Both the position numbers and the translations under genes were made by a program. A DNA stretch of 64,000 nt from an uncultured delta proteobacterium. Its GTDB lineage: Bacteria > Desulfobacterota > RBG-13-43-22. Where the stretch lies: assembly GCA_963790475.1 (NCBI GenBank), contig CAWBOS010000010.1, positions 352,001 to 416,000 on the forward strand, read 5' to 3'. This document shows, piece after piece, positions 55,851 to 64,000 of this stretch. Under the pieces are notes generated by a model. That model made no database searches. It was not told the DNA's origin and saw nothing but the letters and a program-made list of their open reading frames with translations. How positions within the stretch are numbered: the first letter of the stretch is position 1; each line of letters starts with the position of its first letter.

Positions 55851-58800
55851 TTAAATCGTGATCCGGTTTGATTCCTGGGCCTCTTCTTCGTGACGGCCCT
55901 GATAAACAGCTCCGCTCCAACCATCAATGGAGATGAAGTCTCCCCCATGAATGGTCTGACCGTCAACGGTACTGTAACCCTTGGTTTCATAGACATTTAA
56001 CTTGGAAAAACCCACCACCCCGACCTTGTCGAGCTGAGGGATGGTTACCGCGGCATGAGAAGTGCTCCCCCCCTTAGCCGTTAACAGGCCTTCAACCTGG
56101 AGAAGCACGCCCACATCATCGGGAACCGAGTCGGGCCGGACCAGGATCAACGGCGTTTCCGGTTCCTTATCCCGGTAAAGGCGGATTTCCTCCTCCGAAT
56201 AGACGGCCCTTCCCGACAAGGCCCCGCCGCTAACCCCGATGCCGGTTCCAAGAAGGGCCCCTTTCAATTCTTCGGTCTCTTTGAATATCCTTAATTTATG
56301 GGTTTCCCGCTGGACCATATCTCTGGTCTGAAGGATATAGAGTCCTTCCCGGGTGGCCTTCTCAAAGGTGAACTCGATTTCCTGGTGGTTGAACCCTTTG
56401 TCATAGATCAATATTTCTGAAAGGTGGATGAGCTCCCGAAAGATTTCCGGAAAATTGGCCTCCAAAGATATCAGGGTATCCTTTCTTTCTCTCAGCCTCT
56501 GCCTTTCCGATATGGGATAGGTGGAGACAAGGCCGGAGACAATGTCATCCCCTTGTACGCCAAAAATAAAATCGCCATACAGGTTGATACCGGGAGATGA
56601 CTCCTTGGGGTCTCTGGTGAATATCACTCCGGACCCCGATTGCTCATTCAAATTTCCGAAAATCATAGCCTGGACGATCACGGCCGTCCCCCAGTCATCG
56701 GAAACATGCATCTGTCGACGGTAAATCCTGGCCTGTTCTGAATTCCAGGAGGCAATGACTTGCAGAAAAGCATCCTGAAGCTGGTCCGCTGGCCGGTGAG
56801 GGGGCTTTATTCCATTTTCCTCCAGTGCCTGCTTGTAAGCCAGGGCAACCTGCTTGATCTGGTCCGGGGCAAATTGGATCTTTCGGCTCACCCCGTACTT
56901 TTGTTTGAAGGTGTCAATAATGGAGTCAAAAAAATTCCGATCCAGTCCCCGCAACATACCATAACTCTGGAGGAACCTGCGAAAGGAATCCCAGGCCGCC
57001 CAGGCAAAGTCCGGCTTTTTGCTGAGGCCCTCGGCGATCTTTTCATTGATACCGACATTCAGAATGGATTGCATCATCCCCGGCAGGGAAAGCGTAGCCC
57101 CGCTGCGCACACTTAAAAGCAAAGGGTTTCGGGGATCTCCAAATCTTCGCCCCACCATCCTCTCCAGCCGCCGGATCTCTTTAGCGACCCTGTTGTTCAA
57201 GTCTTCCAGGATGTATTGGTAACCCAACAGGCCTTCAATCCTGCGAAAGACCTCTGTAGTCAGGATGAAGCCCGGGGGCACCGGGAAACCCAAAAAGGAC
57301 AGTTCCTTCAGAAAATAGCCCTTATTTCCAAGGAGCAATTGATTATCAAGCTTTTTATTACGCTTGTAGAGGGGAGTGATGGTCATTTCCGGGTTATAGG
57401 ACATGACCAGGGTCAGAATCTGTTTGTTCTCTTTAAACTTCTCCAGCTCGGCCTGCAGGGTTCTCAAGATGCTGTTAATAAAATTGTCAAGCACCTGGAG
57501 GCCGAAGGCCGAAGAGACGGCCGCCCGGATAAAATTTTCAGAGAGCTGGAAAAAGATTTCTTTTTCCCCGGCCGAACTGGTTCCTTTGCTTAAGGGTGCG
57601 TTGTTTTCCTTGATGATTTGACCAATGACGATAGGCAGGTTGGGACGGTGGGCATCGATGTGATAATCCCGGATAATGTCCTGAATCCCCTTGGAGATGA
57701 ATTGAAAGATATCAATGTACTGATCGATGGAAAACTGTTTGATCTCCAGGGCGTTACTGACATACTTCATCTTTGCTGTCAGACCTTCGGTGGCTACCCC
57801 TTCCAGATCAAGGGCCTTCACAAAAAGCCAGAGATACTGATGAATTCTCATCAGAGTGCTTTTGGTGATAAACTTCAGGTTGAGGGACTGGATCAATTCC
57901 TCAAACAGGACCGTGGCCAGACTCTCCAGACGCAGGGAAAGCCCCACGGCCTCAAATTTTTCTTCCCGGTAGGTCCCGTACATGGAAGGGATCCCGGCGG
58001 CAATGTGTCTCTTGTGGTAAATGTTCTCAACATACTCTGTTTTCTGGGGAGAGAGGATCTTATCCTTGAGTTGGGCCAGAAACTCGAGAATAATGGCCAG
58101 GCTCTTGGCTTGTTCTTTACCCTGGAGGTGACGTTTGAGGGCCTTCACTTTCGCCGGATCAAAGAGGAAGGAAGCCTCCAGATTTTTGATGACTTCAACG
58201 TGCTGGGGGTTGTATTTTTTGTACAGAAGTTGATAGAATTGGATCAACAGTCGGGCCCTTTTCCGGTCTTTTTCCGGCAGTCCGTTCAGGGTTTGAATCT
58301 CGCGGTCAATCTTAGGGATGTCCCAATCCAGAAAACCCGTCGGATTCCCATGGATCCGGTCAAACAGGCTCTCAAATATCATTCGGAGGCCTTTCGGCTC
58401 CTGGGGGTCGTCTGAAACCTGCTCATACACCTCCTCCGGCAGATGATTACGAAGATGGATTTTTTTCCCGGAGGCCAAATAACGGAAGGTATTTTCCAGG
58501 AAGGCGACCAGCAGGCTGTTGCTCTCCACATGGGACTGTTTTCTAAGGAAATGGATTACCAGGTCCTGACGGGAGGAGAGTTCATCCACCTCGGTCGATA
58601 TTTCCCGGAGTTCTCCCTCGGCTCCGATTTCATTGAAATAGATTGGGAAAAGCCTGAGGAGCTGCTTTATCAGATTGTAGGCCGGGGAAATGTCGGTGTT
58701 CAGAAGGACCGAGATGTTTTTCTGAAGCAGGTCCGTGTCCCGGATGAAGACACCGCCCAGTTTCAGGTTTATAATCAGGGCCGAAAGAAGTCTTTTGGTC

Positions 58801-60071
58801 CAGCGTGGTTTTAAGCCGATGATTTCCAGCCAGGCACGGATATTCTCGATGTGAGCGGGATTGACCCGAATCTGCCATTCCATAGTGGATCCGGCCAACT
58901 GGGGATGCTGAAAGCCGAATAAAATCAGCTCTTCAATAAAGGTATCCACCAGGGGATGCTGATTCAGATTGAAGACCTCCCGGGCCATGGTGATGACACA
59001 ATTCAGGATCGTGTTTCGGTATTGCGAACAGGTGGTACACTTTTTCAGGAGATCAAAGATTTTTCGAATAAAGTCGTTCAGGTTCTCCGGCATCTCTTCC
59101 CGGAAGACCATAGCCAGGCAGCGATTGATCTCGATCAGGGTGCGGCCGTGAATATCGGAGAGGGCCGGGACGTTGATGACATGAAAGAGGAAATCGAGTT
59201 TGACGAGATATTCCCGCCCGCTATATACCTCCGCCTTCTCCAGTTCGTCGGCTACGAGCAGATAACCCTCAATGATTTGCGTATAATCCGGAAGATTGAG
59301 ATAAGAAGCGGTACCGCTTTCATCCCCCTTTTCGGAGAGTTCAGGCAGGGATTCAAGTTTTTCGTTCAGGTCGGAAATCGACCGGTGGCTCAGAGGCTTT
59401 ACAAAGGAATCATATTCGAAGATCGCCGAGGCTTCCTCCCCTTCCTGGTTGAACCAATCGCGAGGGTTGGGCTGGTCCAGCCAAAAAAGATAGGTGGCCC
59501 GGAAGACATTGTGGAGAAAATGCCTTGACCGGTCCTTATCCAGAAGGGCGGAATGCTCAATGGCTGTTTGAAAGAGTTTTTTCCCATAGGTCGAACCCTT
59601 CCGGAAAAGGGTGGCCTCTTTTTGGGAAAGATCGATCAGGGAATCGATGAGATCGGGAAAGAGGGCCATGTTCCGGGAGAGCATCCCGTTGCTCTTGGAC
59701 AGGATCAAGTTCAAAAAATCAAAGAGGAAACGGATCGAGGTCTCCCTGGTCTCTTCATTGGCCGGGGAACTGATGAGGTCCAGGTAAATACCGACCAGGG
59801 TTTCGAGTGCCTTAAGTCCCTTTTCATGCCGGTTGAATTCATAGAAATCACCCATGGACAGGGTGCGGAGCTGCTTAAGCACATGCTCCCAGTTGACAAA
59901 GGGATGATTCATCTCTGTCAAGAGGTCTCGGGTTCTCTTGAACACACCATAATGCTCCTGGGCGATACTGAGCAGGATCTGATACCGGATCGGTATTTCT
60001 ACCGTGGCTGCTGTCCGTTCCAGGTTGACCTGCAGGGCCGAGGAAGTAAATTGGGGTTCCTGTGTTTTCAT
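55851..60071 (-). CDS. Large PPDK-like protein: about 900-aa N-terminal region, ATP-grasp and phosphohistidine swivel domains, no pyruvate-binding barrel
   Basis: LLGNKG..VPPGF, PLLLSVRSGA..PGMM, QAMIFGN, QGDDIVSG, QEIEFT, LQTR, GGSTSHAAV. Likely start MKTQEP (60071). Confidence 0.85.
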   Translation of the reverse strand: MKTQEPQFTSSALQVNLERTAATVEIPIRYQILLSIAQEHYGVFKRTRDLLTEMNHPFVNWEHVLKQLRTLSMGDFYEFNRHEKGLKALETLVGIYLDLISSPANEETRETSIRFLFDFLNLILSKSNGMLSRNMALFPDLIDSLIDLSQKEATLFRKGSTYGKKLFQTAIEHSALLDKDRSRHFLHNVFRATYLFWLDQPNPRDWFNQEGEEASAIFEYDSFVKPLSHRSISDLNEKLESLPELSEKGDESGTASYLNLPDYTQIIEGYLLVADELEKAEVYSGREYLVKLDFLFHVINVPALSDIHGRTLIEINRCLAMVFREEMPENLNDFIRKIFDLLKKCTTCSQYRNTILNCVITMAREVFNLNQHPLVDTFIEELILFGFQHPQLAGSTMEWQIRVNPAHIENIRAWLEIIGLKPRWTKRLLSALIINLKLGGVFIRDTDLLQKNISVLLNTDISPAYNLIKQLLRLFPIYFNEIGAEGELREISTEVDELSSRQDLVIHFLRKQSHVESNSLLVAFLENTFRYLASGKKIHLRNHLPEEVYEQVSDDPQEPKGLRMIFESLFDRIHGNPTGFLDWDIPKIDREIQTLNGLPEKDRKRARLLIQFYQLLYKKYNPQHVEVIKNLEASFLFDPAKVKALKRHLQGKEQAKSLAIILEFLAQLKDKILSPQKTEYVENIYHKRHIAAGIPSMYGTYREEKFEAVGLSLRLESLATVLFEELIQSLNLKFITKSTLMRIHQYLWLFVKALDLEGVATEGLTAKMKYVSNALEIKQFSIDQYIDIFQFISKGIQDIIRDYHIDAHRPNLPIVIGQIIKENNAPLSKGTSSAGEKEIFFQLSENFIRAAVSSAFGLQVLDNFINSILRTLQAELEKFKENKQILTLVMSYNPEMTITPLYKRNKKLDNQLLLGNKGYFLKELSFLGFPVPPGFILTTEVFRRIEGLLGYQYILEDLNNRVAKEIRRLERMVGRRFGDPRNPLLLSVRSGATLSLPGMMQSILNVGINEKIAEGLSKKPDFAWAAWDSFRRFLQSYGMLRGLDRNFFDSIIDTFKQKYGVSRKIQFAPDQIKQVALAYKQALEENGIKPPHRPADQLQDAFLQVIASWNSEQARIYRRQMHVSDDWGTAVIVQAMIFGNLNEQSGSGVIFTRDPKESSPGINLYGDFIFGVQGDDIVSGLVSTYPISERQRLRERKDTLISLEANFPEIFRELIHLSEILIYDKGFNHQEIEFTFEKATREGLYILQTRDMVQRETHKLRIFKETEELKGALLGTGIGVSGGALSGRAVYSEEEIRLYRDKEPETPLILVRPDSVPDDVGVLLQVEGLLTAKGGSTSHAAVTIPQLDKVGVVGFSKLNVYETKGYSTVDGQTIHGGDFISIDGWSGAVYQGRHEEEAQESNRITI

Positions 60072-60115
60072 GGAATTTGTTATTCTAATGAATTCTATTG
60101 CCATAAGGCCAATAT

Positions 60116-60250
60116 TGACGGTTTCGTAAAAAGTCGCCAAAACCCAAATCACGTCATTCCGGCGAAAGCCGGAATCCAGTATTTTAAAACAGTTAGACTT
60201 TTCCTGGACCCCGGCTTTCGCCGGGGTGACGGATTTTTATGAATTCATCA
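60116..60250. repeat. MITE-like palindromic element, family 1
   Basis: TGACGGTTTCGTAAAAAGTCG..GTCATTCCGGCGAAAGCCGGAATCCAG..CTGGACCCCGGCTTTCGCCGGGGTGAC..TTTTTATGAATTCATCA. Confidence 0.85.
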
Positions 60251-60285
60251 CTATTGATTTACTTGAATCCTTGAATCCTCTCTGT

Positions 60286-61296
<1,011 letters not shown>

Positions 61297-61499
61297 TTAT
61301 CCGTACAAGGATTTCAGATAAATTGTTATTTGTCATCAGGTTAAATGATTATTTAAATAGTAACCCAAAGATGAGGTCATGTCAACTTTTTGCACTAATG
61401 AAAACGATTGCAGACAGGGTATATTTTAGGTTAATATTCAGACGCTCTTTAGAGAATCGTCATTCTCTTGAAAAAGATCAGCAGAAAGGGGAATTCTGG

Positions 61500-62153
61500 A
61501 TGGATCTTCAATTTATTCAGGCCCGGGACCTGCCCGATGCCTGGTTTCAATGTGTTTCCGCAATCCTGGACCATGGGAAGGAATATGTCATCGACCGGGG
61601 CAGTTTCAGCGGTCAAAAAAGGCTGGAGTTTGATTATCTGACGGTTCAAGTTAAATATCCCGGGACCTGTCCCCTGATTCCGGACATCCCTCCCGCTCTC
61701 GGTATCCCCAATCCGGTGGCTGATGGCTATGTCGAACAATATCTTCCTTACCTGATGACCGGAGTTAAACAGCCCAATGAGGATTATACCTATGGCCAAT
61801 ACCTGGAACCCCAGATCCAGGAAGTGATCCGCATGTATAAGGAAGAAGGTTATGGGACCAACCAGGCCTATATGACCGTGGGGAACCCCGAGGCCATCTA
61901 TTTGAATGATCCGCCTTGCCTGCGAGGGATCGATACGCGGATTCGAGACGGCCTGCTCCATTTTTTTGTCTATTTTCGGTCCTGGGATTTATGGAACGGC
62001 TTTCCGGCCAACCTGGCGGCTATCCAGTATCTCAAGGAATACATGGCCCATGAAATCGGGGTGGGGGACGGGGAGATTATCGCCTCCAGCAAAGGCCTCC
62101 ATCTCTATGATTATGTCTGGGAACTGGCCAAACTGAGGACGTTGAAGAAGTAA
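61500..62153 (+). CDS. thyA: Short archaeal-like thymidylate synthase family protein
   Basis: YTYG, DPPCL, FRSWDL..GFPAN, LHLY; about 217 aa from ATG 61500. Confidence 0.75.
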   Translation: MDLQFIQARDLPDAWFQCVSAILDHGKEYVIDRGSFSGQKRLEFDYLTVQVKYPGTCPLIPDIPPALGIPNPVADGYVEQYLPYLMTGVKQPNEDYTYGQYLEPQIQEVIRMYKEEGYGTNQAYMTVGNPEAIYLNDPPCLRGIDTRIRDGLLHFFVYFRSWDLWNGFPANLAAIQYLKEYMAHEIGVGDGEIIASSKGLHLYDYVWELAKLRTLKK

Positions 62154-62160
62154 AGGATAT

Positions 62161-62336
62161 GGAAAGGCGAAACGGAGAAACGGGGAAGCGGAGAGTTGTG
62201 ACCAAGGACAAAAAAACCGGCCCCAAGAAGTTTTGTTTTTGAACTTTCATCCGCAATTTGTAATCATCAATCCACAATCATAAATGGTAATGGTTCGTCC
62301 AAAAAATCCGCAATCCGCACCCCTTAATCCGCAATC
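62161..62336. repeat. 8-mer (GGAGAAAC) and 7-mer (AATCCGC) arrays extending into the next ORF
   Basis: GGCGAAAC GGAGAAAC GGGGAAGC; ATCCGCA ATTTGTA ATCATCA ATCCACA; AATCCGC AATCCGC..AATCCGC. Confidence 0.75.
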
Positions 62337-63585
62337 GATTTATGATGTCATCGTCATCGGGGCCGGGGCCTCGGGAATGATGGCCGCGGGCCGGGCCGCG
62401 GAAGTTGGGGCAAAAGTTCTTTTGTTGGAAAAAATGCCCCGGGTCGGCTTAAAGCTTGGTATTACCGGGAAGGGCCGCTGTAATCTGACCAACCAGGGGG
62501 AAATTCAATCCTTCTTAGACAGTTATTCTCCGGACGGCCGTTTCCTGCGAAATTGCTTCGCCCGGTTTCTTAATCAGGATTTGATAAATTTTATTGAGCA
62601 AAGGGGAGTGCCTCTGGTTGTGGAAAGGGGAGGGCGGGTTTTTCCCAAATCCAACCGGGCCTTGGATGTGGTTTCAGCCCTGATGGCCTATGTAAAGGAG
62701 AAAGGGGTCACCTTAAAGAAGGAACAAACGGTAAAAGAGATCCTTTTTCATTCCGGACGGGTCCGGGGGGTTTCGACTAACGGGGAAATCCTCGAGGCCC
62801 GGGCCATAGTCCTGGCCACTGGAGGGGCCTCTTATCCCCGAACCGGTTCGACCGGAGATGGATACCGGATGGCTCAAAAGGTGGGACACAGGATCATTCC
62901 CATCCGACCCTATTTAATCCCCCTGGTCATAAAGGAGGCCTGGGTCAGGGAGCTTCAGGGGTTGGCTTTAAAAAATGTTTCGGCTGCGGTTTATGTTAAC
63001 GGCCGGAAAGGTCCTTCGGAATTCGGAGAGATGCTCTTTACCCATTTTGGGATTTCCGGACCGATCATCCTGACCCTAAGCGGTTCTATCGTCGATGTCC
63101 TTAAACAAGGACAAGTGGAAATTTCGATTAATCTCAAACCGGCCTTAACTCAGGAACAACTGGACGAAAGATTGAAAAGGGAACTAAAGGCCCATCACCT
63201 CAAGGGATTGCAGGCCATTTTAAAACTCTTATTGCCCAACCGGATGATTCCCCTGTTTTTGGCACTGGTAAAAATTCCAGGGGATAAAAAGGGGAATCAG
63301 ATTTCTGCCGAAGAACGAAGCCGGTTGAAAACCCTGCTGACCGATTTGCGGATGACGGTGTCCGGTCCCCGGCCGCTTGATGAGGCGATTATTACCGCCG
63401 GCGGCATTCATCTTAAAGAGGTGGATCCCAAAACGATGGAGTCAAGAATCATTAAAGGTCTTTTCCTTTGCGGAGAAATTTTGGATATCCAGGGCAAAAC
63501 CGGCGGCTATAATCTTCAAGCCGCTTTTTCCACCGGGTGGGTGGCCGGGGAGAGTGCGGCAAGAAGAGTTGCGAGTTACGAGTAA
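62284..63585 (+). CDS. HI0933/YhiN-family FAD-dependent oxidoreductase
   Basis: IGAGASG, TGKGRCNLTN, GRVFP, ATGGASYP.TGSTGDG, LFTHFGISGP, TGGYNLQ. Confidence 0.93.
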   Translation: MVMVRPKNPQSAPLNPQSIYDVIVIGAGASGMMAAGRAAEVGAKVLLLEKMPRVGLKLGITGKGRCNLTNQGEIQSFLDSYSPDGRFLRNCFARFLNQDLINFIEQRGVPLVVERGGRVFPKSNRALDVVSALMAYVKEKGVTLKKEQTVKEILFHSGRVRGVSTNGEILEARAIVLATGGASYPRTGSTGDGYRMAQKVGHRIIPIRPYLIPLVIKEAWVRELQGLALKNVSAAVYVNGRKGPSEFGEMLFTHFGISGPIILTLSGSIVDVLKQGQVEISINLKPALTQEQLDERLKRELKAHHLKGLQAILKLLLPNRMIPLFLALVKIPGDKKGNQISAEERSRLKTLLTDLRMTVSGPRPLDEAIITAGGIHLKEVDPKTMESRIIKGLFLCGEILDIQGKTGGYNLQAAFSTGWVAGESAARRVASYE

Positions 63586-63673
63586 CGAGTTGCGAGCTTT
63601 CGGGTTTCGTGTTACGGGTTACGAGTTTTAAGACTTTTTGCTTAGTCTGAATTTTAAACCCGCAACCCGCAAC
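63566..63673. repeat. Inverted heptamer arrays (GAGTTNC / AACCCGC) overlapping a stop codon
   Basis: GAGTTGC GAGTTAC GAGTAAC GAGTTGC..CGGGTTA CGAGTT ... AACCCGC AACCCGC AAC. Confidence 0.8.
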
Positions 63674-63686
63674 AAATTTTAGGTTT

Positions 63687-64000
63687 ATGAACAAAAAAAT
63701 CGACCTGCGAAATTTGACCTTTGAAGAATTGCAGGACTGGATCACCGGTCTGGGACTGGAGCCTTACCGGGCCGAGCAGATCTCTCGTTGGATATTTCTG
63801 CCGGAGGTTCAATCGTTCGATCAGATGACTAATGTATCCAAGAAATGGAGGAGGCTTTTCCATGAGCAGGCTTATTTGAGTCAATTGATGATTCTAAAGG
63901 TTGAAAATTCTTCGGATGGGACCAGAAAATTTCTATTTGAACTGGAAGATGGAGAACGGGTCGAAAGTGTCCTGATCCCGGAAAGGGGACATTACACCCT
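63687..64000 (+). CDS. rlmN: 23S rRNA A2503/tRNA C2-methyltransferase RlmN (3'-truncated by window; not in ORF track)
   Basis: Hand translation: MNKKIDLRNLTFEELQDWITGLGLEPYRAEQISRWI...SSDGTRKFLFELEDGERVESVLIPERGHYT. Confidence 0.9.
   Translation, partial: MNKKIDLRNLTFEELQDWITGLGLEPYRAEQISRWIFLPEVQSFDQMTNVSKKWRRLFHEQAYLSQLMILKVENSSDGTRKFLFELEDGERVESVLIPERGHYT

Noticed and set aside
60072-60242. N-terminal extension of the PPDK-like ORF to 60152 and ORF 59553-60242
   Set aside because: They run into the family 1 MITE or are antisense shadows; MKTQEP at 60071 is the more plausible start.

Overview
Bacterial chromosomal window, probably from an anaerobic Desulfobacterota/Deltaproteobacteria-type organism (inferred from gene repertoire only). 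Layout: (1) 1-5.4 kb is a mobile/signalling patch with the 3' part of a group II intron, two different tnpA-only IS200/IS605 elements, a PilZ-pseudokinase and a PAS-only protein. (2) 7.4-21.8 kb is a minus-strand operon fusing alternative complex III (actBCDFA, actE-like) with a cbb3-type oxidase and its assembly genes. (3) 22-27.4 kb holds UbiA, cytochrome b5-DUF2231, UbiE, a TIM-barrel isomerase and inositol-3-phosphate synthase. (4) 27.6-28.5 kb is a decayed restriction-modification remnant. (5) 28.6-40.8 kb is a complex I-like operon with four antiporter-type subunits, no nuoEFG, and a flavin-less mini-NuoF/HydB-like Fe-S protein. (6) 41-49 kb has ribF, tRNA-Leu(CAG), a second IS copy and a KS/CLF-ligase-ACP mini-cluster. 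(7) 49-64 kb has a radical SAM protein, an acyl-CoA ligase, an Fe-S protein, two GAPDH paralogues flanking a giant PPDK-like kinase with no pyruvate domain, thyA-like, HI0933-like and rlmN. Intergenic spaces carry MITEs (one nested in another), REP-like hairpins and about ten degenerate 7/8-mer tandem arrays. The best candidates for new biology are the ino1/TIM/UbiA/UbiE module beside the ACIII-cbb3 operon, a shared 5'-leader/3'-trailer pairing architecture in two sequence-unrelated IS200 elements, the mini-NuoF electron input module and the PPDK-like orphan kinase. All functional assignments come from motif reading; no database searches were run.
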